Virus record (IMG/VR): IMGVR_UViG_2684623189_000001
DNA: 16,012 bases
Source: a virus
Taxonomy: Monodnaviria; Loebvirae; Hofneiviricota; Faserviricetes; Tubulavirales; Inoviridae
Reading direction: 5' to 3' (one strand)
Under the pieces are notes generated by a model. It made no database searches and was not told the DNA's origin. It worked only from the letters and a program-made list of their open reading frames with translations. Positions 1 to 7,253 of this stretch are shown here, piece by piece (within the stretch, counting starts at the first letter, position 1; every line of letters starts with the position of its first letter). Both the position numbers and the translations under genes were made by a program.

Positions 1-1
1 T

Positions 2-145
2 GACTTTGCCAGAATGATTCCGGCAGCACTGGATAACGTGAAGACTTCATTACCGACAGATTTTCCGGAGAACGTGGTGACGGCAGTTGAAACCAATGTG
101 TTGAGGTTGCACGGTCGGTTAAGCCGAGAATACGGTATTAAGTAA
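2..145 (+). CDS. 3' end of a flanking (probably host) gene, partial; product unknown
   Basis: Frame open from the window edge for 47 codons (…LRLHGRLSREYGIK) to TAA at 143-145. It lies outside the repeated unit. Short, so the open frame is only weakly significant. Confidence 0.3.
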   Translation, partial: DFARMIPAALDNVKTSLPTDFPENVVTAVETNVLRLHGRLSREYGIK

Positions 146-223
146 GATATGGGGTTTTGGTCGTTGTTAATGAGCAGAACAATCATGAACCGCCAACGAC
201 TGGATTCTCCCTTGGTTTATGTT

Positions 224-256
224 GGTGCGCATAATGTACGACTCGTTATGTTGAAA
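224..256 (+). other. dif-like XerC/XerD recombination site at the chromosome-prophage junction (attL-type)
   Basis: GGTGCGCATAA (224-234) matches the XerC-binding arm of the enterobacterial dif site as I recall it, followed by TGTA. After an 11-nt spacer (TGTACGACTCG) comes TTATGTTGAAA (246-256), which resembles the XerD arm TTATGTTAAAT. It sits exactly at the repeat boundary. Confidence 0.6.
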
Positions 257-257
257 A

Positions 258-289
258 GGCCGCTGCGAAAATCGTATCCCGCAGCGGCC
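258..289. terminator. GC-rich hairpin, probable bidirectional rho-independent terminator
   Basis: Perfect 10-bp inverted repeat GGCCGCTGCG / CGCAGCGGCC with a 12-nt loop. On the minus strand it is followed by TTTTCAACAT, downstream of the 159-aa gene; on the plus strand by TCTTT. Confidence 0.55.
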
Positions 290-320
290 TCTTTAGCATA
301 ACGTCATTGTGCGAACCAAT

Positions 321-800
321 TTATATAGAAATGAAAAACTCCTCTTCATTCCTTTTTTTATAATTATCATCCCATATAAGTTTTATTCGGTATTTAGTTT
401 TACTTCCAAAGCTTAGTCCCGCTAAAATTTCAATCCCATGTTGCGGGTGTAATACTTCATATGGAAATTTATCTTCTACATCATGCATGAAAAGATATTC
501 ATTGCCATCGTTATCAGGGAAATGAATTTCTATATTTTTAGCCTCAACTTTCCCTCTATTAAATATCTTGAGTCTATAGTTGTTTTTGGCTATTTTTACG
601 AGGCGGGCACCAAGCTCAGCCTTCATCTCATTAATTGCTGACTTTGTTTCTTTTTCTAGAAGCAACTTACGTAACCTGTCTTGCTCATCCTTTATAACCT
701 TTTGTTCTCTATCACTTTTTCTCGACTTCACTTCTGATGATATGATAGTGTAAATCGATACTACAAGCGCAGCTAAAGCGATGGCATCACTCGTTGTCAT
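321..800 (-). CDS. Hypothetical single-pass membrane protein (N-terminal TM helix, charged helical linker, C-terminal ~90-aa domain); cargo gene
   Basis: 159-aa ORF. N-terminal hydrophobic helix AIALAALVVSIYTIISS, then a K/E/R-rich stretch. Start ATG overlaps the stop of the upstream 91-aa ORF (TAATG); AGGA ribosome-binding site. Markedly AT-rich. No recognisable family. Confidence 0.65.
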   Translation of the reverse strand: MTTSDAIALAALVVSIYTIISSEVKSRKSDREQKVIKDEQDRLRKLLLEKETKSAINEMKAELGARLVKIAKNNYRLKIFNRGKVEAKNIEIHFPDNDGNEYLFMHDVEDKFPYEVLHPQHGIEILAGLSFGSKTKYRIKLIWDDNYKKRNEEEFFISI

Positions 801-1075
801 TATTTAATCCTTATATTTTTACTTCCTTTAAATGCCTTTTTGAGCATATCATTAAACTGTTTTTGAATATCTTTTGTTAACTCTTCTTTTATCTCATCCA
901 CATGGGCGTCAATACTCACCCCGTTTTCTTGGATTAAATCATCATTAGTGAATTCTTTCCCGCAGCCTACACATCTGACGACTTCAGACTCTTCCTCGTG
1001 TTCCATCTCTGTATTTCCGCACACAGGACATAGCAGGGTGATATTTCTATTGTATTTCTCAGGATTTAGTTTCAT
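800..1075 (-). CDS. Hypothetical zinc-ribbon protein (CxxC…CxxC); cargo gene
   Basis: 91-aa ORF with CPVCG …(16 aa)… CVGCG, a C4 zinc-ribbon signature, then an acidic/basic helical tail. AGGAA ribosome-binding site 7 nt upstream. Translationally coupled to the 159-aa ORF. AT-rich. Confidence 0.65.
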   Translation of the reverse strand: MKLNPEKYNRNITLLCPVCGNTEMEHEEESEVVRCVGCGKEFTNDDLIQENGVSIDAHVDEIKEELTKDIQKQFNDMLKKAFKGSKNIRIK

Positions 1076-1103
1076 ATATTTCCTCTCTTCTACGTTTTAT
1101 TGA

Positions 1104-1526
1104 TTACCAGTAATATGAATTTCTTCTGTGCCACCAATAAAGCAGCCCGTATCCGATGATAAGAATTCCGAAAAACATCAACGACATTCCCCAGCCAGTT
1201 CCATACCACGAAACCATATCATCGAAAACCAATCCACCCGTTTCACGTACTCCGGCAGCTTCCTTAAGGATTGGTTTGAATACCGGAATCAGAAGGGCAA
1301 TCGCCAGTGGAGCACCCCAGCGAACAAGACCTGTTTCCATTTTGATCCCGAAAAAGATCCCCGCCCCGACAACAAGCAGCCAGACTATCAGGCCAGGCGC
1401 AGTTTCCAGTGCTGTTTGCCATTCAACATCGAAAGTTTTCATTAGCCAGGCAACAACTGCCAGGCAGAAAGCAAATACGCCGACGACAACCAGTTCAACG
1501 CCGCTTGTTTCGTTGTTTCTACTCAT
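1104..1526 (-). CDS. Hypothetical small integral membrane protein, about 4 TM helices
   Basis: 140-aa ORF with four hydrophobic segments (about aa 10-29, 45-61, 69-83, 113-133) and a W/Y/R-rich C-terminus. AAGGA ribosome-binding site. The opposite-strand ORFs here are low-complexity and implausible. Confidence 0.65.
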   Translation of the reverse strand: MSRNNETSGVELVVVGVFAFCLAVVAWLMKTFDVEWQTALETAPGLIVWLLVVGAGIFFGIKMETGLVRWGAPLAIALLIPVFKPILKEAAGVRETGGLVFDDMVSWYGTGWGMSLMFFGILIIGYGLLYWWHRRNSYYW

Positions 1527-1570
1527 CCTTTTGATCCTTTTTCACTGTTCAAAATTCGCACAATAAAGAA

Positions 1571-1595
1571 CGTGCAGTGTTGGTAATACTGCACG
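1571..1595. terminator. Hairpin between the repressor gene and the cargo genes; putative terminator or attenuator
   Basis: CGTGCAGT / ACTGCACG, 8-bp perfect stem with a 9-nt loop. T-rich on both sides (TTTGTCTCATT on plus, TTCTTTATTG on minus). A second small hairpin GTCTCA-ttcc-TGAGAC lies at 1599-1614. Confidence 0.45.
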
Positions 1596-1625
1596 TTTGT
1601 CTCATTCCTGAGACTGTTAATCCTT

Positions 1626-2072
1626 TTACTCTTCTCCAGACACCGCTTTTTTCATAAACATTTTAGTACTGTAAGTGTATGAACTTAAGGCAGAAACCTG
1701 CCTTGCGAGTGCCAGAATATCTTGTTTTTCCAGTGTCCTGATGTTCCACACGATGAAATTATGTGCGTTAGTGGTTTCTTCATCAGTATATCCATCCGCA
1801 GAAGTGATTAGCTTCCGCTCGGTAGCTTCTTCTTTAACATCAAGAGCATAGCCATAAGCTAAGGTGTTTAAGTCTGCACCCGTAATTTTAGCTATCTGAA
1901 TGATGTCACTGAATTTAGGTTCAGTTTTGCCGGACGCTATCCTGACCAGCGTACTCACGCTAATGCCAGTCTTCTCGGCCAGTTCTTCATAAGTCGAGTG
2001 TTCCAGAATTACCTTTTTGATACGTTCTGCTCTCTGTTTGTCCGCCATAACTTCATGCTCATTGTTGCCCAT
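1626..2072 (-). CDS. XRE/Cro-C1-type helix-turn-helix transcriptional repressor (inovirus lysogeny repressor, RstR-like position)
   Basis: 148 aa. HTH signature YEELAEKTGISVSTLVRIASGKTEP. Divergently transcribed from the Rep gene, the arrangement seen in lysogenic inoviruses. Confidence 0.75.
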   Translation of the reverse strand: MGNNEHEVMADKQRAERIKKVILEHSTYEELAEKTGISVSTLVRIASGKTEPKFSDIIQIAKITGADLNTLAYGYALDVKEEATERKLITSADGYTDEETTNAHNFIVWNIRTLEKQDILALARQVSALSSYTYSTKMFMKKAVSGEE

Positions 2073-2243
2073 CTACTTGGCTCCATCTTAACAGTGGTTT
2101 TTCAATAGTTAGATTTGATGCTCATTTCTGACAATTTAAACATTGCAAATGTATTGACTGTCAGAACTGAGCATATTACATTGTGACCATTCAATCTGCT
2201 CACAAATGACTATTGACACATATTTTGATGGGTGTGACTACTT
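2073..2243. promoter_or_regulatory. Divergent promoter/operator region between repressor and Rep
   Basis: 171-bp AT-rich intergenic region. -35-like hexamers TTGACT (2154-2159) and TTGACA (2213-2218). Inverted repeats TTCTGACA (2126-2133) / TGTCAGAA (2159-2166) and ACATT-GCA-AATGT; recurring TGAC motifs. Confidence 0.5.
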
Positions 2244-3296
2244 ATGATCGACTGGTTTACCGGAATCCTGCCTTGCACACACCGACCGTTACCGGCTGGT
2301 AGTGTCGTCAGCGTCGATGCTGACGGTGCAGTGGAGTGGGAAACAGTAAAACGGTTGACCGTTCGCGGTTCGCATGAGTCCACAATGAAAGTAAGGTCTG
2401 TTGGATCTGATGGTGAAGGTCGGGCAACACATCTCTACATTGACGGTAATCCATCAAAGTTTTTGCAAGGTCACTCTGTTATCGGTTCCGACGATTTGCA
2501 AGGGTTGGTGTTAACAGCTTACGCCAGAATATTGGCATTACTGCATATTCCTCATGATCTACCATCCTATCGGCAGGTCATGGAAGGGCAATTTAAGATC
2601 TCGCGCATCGATATCAATTACATGTATTCATTGTCAACATTAGAAAATGTCCGCGCATGGTTATATGCCGCAGAATTTAAAGCTAAAACTCGCCACGGTC
2701 GCGCCTGTGGTAAAGGTGGCACTGTTTACTTAGGGAAAAACTCCCGTCGTTGGAGCCTGAAATTTTATTCAAAATATGATGAGCATACATCTGGCAAAAA
2801 AGGGCACCAGATGGCAGACGAATTCGTTAAAGCTGGTTTACTGGACTGGTCAAAAGATAAATTACGCATTGAATTAACATTAAGAACAACTGAATTAATT
2901 GATTTGAATCTTACGCTTGGTAATAGCTGGAATATTGAGACGCCCAATAAATTATTCTCTGACTATGTAGGGAGAATAGAAATGAATCAAAATACTATAT
3001 TAACTGATGAAAAAATAATTAATCTCCCAAGAAAAATACAGTCTACATATTTATTGTGGAAGCAGGGCGCGAACATGAAAGAGATGTTACCGAAACCTAC
3101 ATTCTACCGACACCGTAAAGAATTACTTTCTTTCGGAATAGATATTAACTTTTATTGTGAGTCACCGGATTCTAATAACGTTGTTCCGTTGGTTCGTACT
3201 CTTGAAGCCAAACCAGCCAAAATTCCATCATGGGTTTATGAGAAAGGTTTAATTTTCGATTATAACCGTATTTCACATGCCAGTAACTGGCATTAA
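2244..3296 (+). CDS. Rolling-circle replication initiation protein (Rep_trans / pII-like)
   Basis: 350 aa. Motif GTVYLGKNSRRWSLKFYSKYDE fits the Rep_trans-type pattern with catalytic Tyr. First gene of the plus-strand module, as in inoviruses. Confidence 0.75.
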   Translation: MIDWFTGILPCTHRPLPAGSVVSVDADGAVEWETVKRLTVRGSHESTMKVRSVGSDGEGRATHLYIDGNPSKFLQGHSVIGSDDLQGLVLTAYARILALLHIPHDLPSYRQVMEGQFKISRIDINYMYSLSTLENVRAWLYAAEFKAKTRHGRACGKGGTVYLGKNSRRWSLKFYSKYDEHTSGKKGHQMADEFVKAGLLDWSKDKLRIELTLRTTELIDLNLTLGNSWNIETPNKLFSDYVGRIEMNQNTILTDEKIINLPRKIQSTYLLWKQGANMKEMLPKPTFYRHRKELLSFGIDINFYCESPDSNNVVPLVRTLEAKPAKIPSWVYEKGLIFDYNRISHASNWH

Positions 3297-3307
3297 AGGA
3301 GAGTGAT

Positions 3308-3625
3308 ATGTCTAATTATGGTCTTTTTGTAAAAGGTAAAATGCTTGGTGCTCGCCAGCGTAATAAGGTCAATGGTCAGGGATACTATAATGAAATTGGT
3401 GTTGGCTTAGAGATTCCTGATGGTTTTGGCGGCACTAAGCAAGACCAGATTATTATTCGTGTATCTCAGGCTCTTGTTAATGCCGGTGTAATGAATCAGG
3501 CAAATAATTTTATCGGTAAGTTAGTCCAGATACCTGTATATGTTCGCGTCTGGTCAATGGAGGGGAGGGAAGGAGTAACTTATAACATTTCATCAGATGG
3601 CGGCATTACTGAAATAAAAGGCTGA
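3308..3625 (+). CDS. Putative ssDNA-binding protein (pV/RstB-like by position)
   Basis: 105 aa. Strong AAGGAG ribosome-binding site. Immediately downstream of Rep; Gly-rich, beta-type composition. Function is inferred from synteny only. Confidence 0.5.
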   Translation: MSNYGLFVKGKMLGARQRNKVNGQGYYNEIGVGLEIPDGFGGTKQDQIIIRVSQALVNAGVMNQANNFIGKLVQIPVYVRVWSMEGREGVTYNISSDGGITEIKG

Positions 3626-3627
3626 TT

Positions 3628-3879
3628 ATGGATGCATCAGGTTTCGATATTCAGTTTGATAATCATATTCCTGAAAATGGTTACCGTATTGAAGGTTATT
3701 TATGTAATGCGAACAATGCAAAAGAATGTCAGGCAATAATGGTACGTTCTGAACCATTTCATCAAATTGATTATTCTGCAATGGGAAATTACTGGACATT
3801 AGGTTTTGGCTCTGTCCTGCTGCTCTGGCTTTTTTCTGTAGGTGTGGGACAGGTAATAAAGATGGTTCGTACTGCTTGA
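3628..3879 (+). CDS. Hypothetical small protein with C-terminal TM helix (possible minor virion or assembly protein)
   Basis: 83 aa. C-terminal hydrophobic helix WTLGFGSVLLLWLFSVGVG followed by a basic tail. Tightly packed between the ssb-like and coat genes. Confidence 0.4.
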   Translation: MDASGFDIQFDNHIPENGYRIEGYLCNANNAKECQAIMVRSEPFHQIDYSAMGNYWTLGFGSVLLLWLFSVGVGQVIKMVRTA

Positions 3880-3913
3880 ATGCGAACCTTTAAAATGTAA
3901 TGGAGATAGAGTT

Positions 3914-4147
3914 ATGTTTAAAAAAATCGTTAGTTTTCTGGCTGTACCTGCATTAATGGCTGTTTCTGGCGCGACTTTCGCTGCAGAAGGAGCGGCATCA
4001 AGTGGTGTTGATTTATCGCCGCTGACGAACAGCATTGATTTCAGTACAGTTCTGGTTGCGATTATGGCCGTTGCTGCTTCACTGGTAACACTTTATGCCG
4101 GTGTCGCTGGCGTTCGCTGGGTATTGCGTACCGTTAAATCCGCATAA
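3914..4147 (+). CDS. Major coat protein (pVIII-like)
   Basis: 77 aa. Signal peptide MFKKIVSFLAVPALMAVSGATFA with AxA cleavage motif. Mature part has an acidic N-terminus, a hydrophobic core and a basic C-terminus (RWVLRTVKSA). GGAG ribosome-binding site. Confidence 0.85.
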   Translation: MFKKIVSFLAVPALMAVSGATFAAEGAASSGVDLSPLTNSIDFSTVLVAIMAVAASLVTLYAGVAGVRWVLRTVKSA

Positions 4148-4211
4148 ATTCATTATTCATGGGCGATGCAATATCGCCCGTTTTACTTGAGGTTATTATG
4201 GAGATTGAATT

Positions 4212-5924
4212 ATGGAAATTGGGTTCCCTTTTATGGGGGATCGTCTCAGCTTATGTCGTTATTCTTGGGCTAAGAGGCTGACGGTTTATTCCTTTATTTT
4301 TTCCTTTCTCTGGGTTTCCTTTCCCCGATATTCATATTCATTTGTACCAGCAATTGCAGCAGTGGCTGCGCGGGCTGTTATTCCTAAAGTCGTTGGCCGG
4401 GTGCTTGTTCGTCGCTTTGCTGCCAATGATGCGATTTATACGGCATCACAGCTTACAGCAACCCGTGTTTTTGTTGGCCGCGCTGCGGCTAATGCTGCCG
4501 AATACTTGCCTGCTGCCTCATCATACAAAATGAGCGGTGTTGCAACGTGGGCGGGTATTGCTGCTGCTGTATCATCTTTTGTTCCGTCTTCTTTGAGTTC
4601 ATCTGACGGCTCGGTAATGGTAATGACTAACGGTAAAAAGATTTCCGATAATTTATATGAAGTAACGTACAGTGGTCAAAGTGGTGAAAGTAAGACGATA
4701 ACCGTTAATTTTGAACCACAGGAATTAAGTCCGGTAATCCTTCATGTTAGTCGTAATAATGTGGATGCGGGTTCTCCAGTTGTAGGTGTTGAAACAGGAT
4801 ATTCCACGCCAGATAATGCACTTTATTATTATCAGGATTCGAAAGAGCTAATTTATTACTATGGTGATAATCCAACTGAAATTGCCAGAAATTATCTTAA
4901 TGACTATAACTCGCGTACTTATACTGAAACACTAACGAATTTTGAACGCACTGTGACGAATAAAGTTGTCAACAGTAATGGAGATGTATCCTTTACTGAA
5001 CAGAATTATAAGTTTACTTATCCTTCCTCATTTTATGAAATACCTGAGATTACACACTTGTATAGCAACCCGGCCGCATCTTCATTTCCCGCAGGTATTC
5101 CCATGTATGAAAATGTAGCAGGGCTTCCCATGTATTACAGCGTTGCTTATTTAACAGCAGGAAAGCAATATCAGTATCACAACACGCCTTGTAAAACGAC
5201 TAATCAGTCAAATGGTGGATATTCGACGATTTGTGCCGTTCCTGAAAAAGAGGATTACACCGCAAAAGATATTGATGAAAAGAGTGAGCTTACTATCTGG
5301 ACCAATACCAAATATAAAGCCATGACGGAAGTACTGGAGGCTGGAAATATTGAGTCCATGATTGATTATCTGGAGTATCTTGATAGTGTTAGTGTATCGC
5401 CAGCACTTCTTGCCGACATGATTAACGAGCTGTGGTCTGAAGCTGCCGTTAATGCCGATTATAACGGCTTACCGTTTAAAGAGGTTTCACCGGCTGAAGT
5501 AACTTCTGCGATGTCGGAACTTAGGCTATCTCCAACGTTATTAGATATGCTTTCACCTGTATCTGACAGTGCAGGGGCTGACGTCAATATTGATATTACC
5601 ATTAATAACAACTCAGGATCTGACACTGGAAATAATGGCAATATAGATTTGGGAGAAGATCCCGGTGTAAAAGAGCCTGAGCTTGAAGAAACGCCAACGG
5701 CAAGAGATATTTTAACGCCAATTATTAACTTGTTGCCTTTTACAAACGAATTTAACATCGGCTCTCGTTCAGCATCCTGCCCCGTTGTTGAATTCAGCGT
5801 GTTTAATCACCAGTACAGAATTGACTCCCATTGTCCGTTAATTGAGCAGAACAGAAGCGCCGTAGAAACCATATTTCTGATTATATGGGGATTTGTTGCG
5901 CTCCGTATTATTCTGAGTGCCTAA
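4212..5924 (+). CDS. Minor coat / adsorption protein (pIII-like); exact start uncertain
   Basis: 570 aa. Follows the major coat gene. Gly/Ser/Asn-rich linker (NNNSGSDTGNNGNIDLGEDPG) and C-terminal membrane anchor (IFLIIWGFVALRIILSA). N-terminus is atypical; alternative start at Met8 (4233). Confidence 0.65.
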   Translation: MEIGFPFMGDRLSLCRYSWAKRLTVYSFIFSFLWVSFPRYSYSFVPAIAAVAARAVIPKVVGRVLVRRFAANDAIYTASQLTATRVFVGRAAANAAEYLPAASSYKMSGVATWAGIAAAVSSFVPSSLSSSDGSVMVMTNGKKISDNLYEVTYSGQSGESKTITVNFEPQELSPVILHVSRNNVDAGSPVVGVETGYSTPDNALYYYQDSKELIYYYGDNPTEIARNYLNDYNSRTYTETLTNFERTVTNKVVNSNGDVSFTEQNYKFTYPSSFYEIPEITHLYSNPAASSFPAGIPMYENVAGLPMYYSVAYLTAGKQYQYHNTPCKTTNQSNGGYSTICAVPEKEDYTAKDIDEKSELTIWTNTKYKAMTEVLEAGNIESMIDYLEYLDSVSVSPALLADMINELWSEAAVNADYNGLPFKEVSPAEVTSAMSELRLSPTLLDMLSPVSDSAGADVNIDITINNNSGSDTGNNGNIDLGEDPGVKEPELEETPTARDILTPIINLLPFTNEFNIGSRSASCPVVEFSVFNHQYRIDSHCPLIEQNRSAVETIFLIIWGFVALRIILSA

Positions 5925-5936
5925 AGGAGTGCAACT

Positions 5937-6224
5937 ATGTTTGGGATTCTGATTAGTGCATTAAATACTTTGTTAGGTTTTGTATTCCGGTCATTGATTA
6001 TTAAATTCGTCGTATTCTTTGCGCTGTATTTTGTAGTCCAGGGCTTCGTTGAAATCCTTGTTGAGTTACTGCCAGATTCAAGCAATCTCTCATCGCTGTT
6101 TGCCAATTTATCAGACGGATTCTGGTACTTCATTAACCTGAGTAAATTACCACAGGGGATTAGTATGATTATCTCCGCAATGGCTACTCGTTTTATTATT
6201 CGACGTATTCCTGTTATAGGGTGA
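5937..6224 (+). CDS. Minor coat protein (pVI-like)
   Basis: 95 aa, strongly hydrophobic. AAGGAG ribosome-binding site. Lies between the pIII-like and Zot/pI genes, as pVI does in inoviruses. Confidence 0.6.
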   Translation: MFGILISALNTLLGFVFRSLIIKFVVFFALYFVVQGFVEILVELLPDSSNLSSLFANLSDGFWYFINLSKLPQGISMIISAMATRFIIRRIPVIG

Positions 6225-6227
6225 GTT

Positions 6228-7253
6228 ATGGCTATTTCTGCATATATTGGCATACCCGGCTCAGGAAAAAGTTATGAAGCCGTTTGCAATGTCATTATTC
6301 CGGCATTTACCAGCGGCCGGAGAGTTGTGACGAACATTTATGGTTTACAAAAAGATAAAATCACCGAACGTTATCCTGATGCAACGGGAGAAATTATTGT
6401 TGTGGATAATGATGATGTGCTTAAAGCAGATTTCTTTCCTTTTAAAGGTGGGGAAGGGAGCTTTTGCCAGTTTGGTGATTTAATTGTTATTGATGAAGCA
6501 TGGCGAATCTTCGGTAGCGATAAGGATATGACGGCTGAGAAGAAATCATTTATTGCTGAACATCGTCATTTTACGCACCCTGAAACGGGTATTAGCTGTG
6601 ATTTGGTTATTGTAAATCAGTCACTTTCTAATATTGCTCGCTTTCTGAAAGACAAAATAGAAACAACTTACCGGATGCGCAAGCTGAAAGCGTTGGGCCT
6701 GAATAATCATTACTGCATTGACGTATATTCAGGCCACAAAATCTATAAAAGCAACCTCGTCACCAGTTATCGCAATAAATATAACCCTGATATTTTTGAA
6801 CTTTACAAAAGTTATGAAGGAAATAACGGTAATGAAAAGCAGACAGATAAACGCCAGAGCATCTGGAATTCTGGCAAAGTCAGGTTCTTTCTTGTGCTTT
6901 TTCCATTGATGTTTATCGGGTCAGGCTGGCTGATTTACTCATTTTTCAGCACGTTTGGCCGAAGCGATCCCTCGCCAGATTTGACTACAACAGATGTACG
7001 TGATGCGGCCATGTTTCGTTCTTCCGCTGCTACTCCAGCACCAGATACTCCCTCAGAACCAGCTGAACCGCCACTTTCAACCGAGTGGCGTATATCAGGG
7101 AGAATGACCAGTGAAGGCAGGGCGTTTGTGATTCTTGTTAATGGTGCCGGTGTTTTGCGTGCCGTTCCTGCATCCAGTTTTAATTACAAAGGGATGTTGA
7201 TGAGCGGAATTATTGATGGTGAGCGTGTGACGCTTTATACGGGGAAAAAATAA
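6228..7253 (+). CDS. Zot / pI-family morphogenesis (assembly) ATPase
   Basis: 341 aa. Walker A GIPGSGKSY, Walker B LIVIDEAW, single TM segment (VRFFLVLFPLMFIGSGWLIYSFF) followed by a periplasmic C-terminal region. Confidence 0.85.
   Translation: MAISAYIGIPGSGKSYEAVCNVIIPAFTSGRRVVTNIYGLQKDKITERYPDATGEIIVVDNDDVLKADFFPFKGGEGSFCQFGDLIVIDEAWRIFGSDKDMTAEKKSFIAEHRHFTHPETGISCDLVIVNQSLSNIARFLKDKIETTYRMRKLKALGLNNHYCIDVYSGHKIYKSNLVTSYRNKYNPDIFELYKSYEGNNGNEKQTDKRQSIWNSGKVRFFLVLFPLMFIGSGWLIYSFFSTFGRSDPSPDLTTTDVRDAAMFRSSAATPAPDTPSEPAEPPLSTEWRISGRMTSEGRAFVILVNGAGVLRAVPASSFNYKGMLMSGIIDGERVTLYTGKK

Noticed and set aside
149-301. 50-aa plus-strand ORF running from the flank across the dif-like site and terminator hairpin
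   Set aside because: It spans the chromosome-prophage junction, has no ribosome-binding site, and its frame passes through the recombination site and a GC hairpin. Almost certainly fortuitous.
1128-1566. Two plus-strand ORFs (105 and 136 aa) overlapping the 140-aa membrane-protein gene
   Set aside because: The translations are low-complexity and Pro/Ser/Thr-rich with no ribosome-binding site. They are antisense to a minus-strand ORF that has clean TM helices and an AAGGA site, so they are most likely frame shadows. The same applies to their copy-2 duplicates (10273-10711).
2765-2947. 60-aa minus-strand ORF inside the Rep gene
   Set aside because: Fully embedded antisense within a well-supported CDS, short, and without a start context.
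3799-4035. 78-aa minus-strand ORF overlapping the major coat gene region
   Set aside because: Antisense to the major coat protein gene, which has a canonical signal peptide and ribosome-binding site. Likely spurious.
4342-4533. 63-aa plus-strand ORF in an alternative frame inside the pIII-like gene
   Set aside because: Embedded in another frame of a long CDS, with a Leu/Gln-rich low-complexity translation.
5459-6253. Minus-strand ORFs (99 and 110 aa) overlapping the pIII and pVI genes
   Set aside because: Antisense to structural genes that have strong ribosome-binding sites and expected synteny; no independent support.
6718-6909. 63-aa alternate-frame plus-strand ORF inside the Zot/pI gene
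   Set aside because: Embedded out of frame within a CDS that carries clear Walker A/B motifs. Likely spurious.
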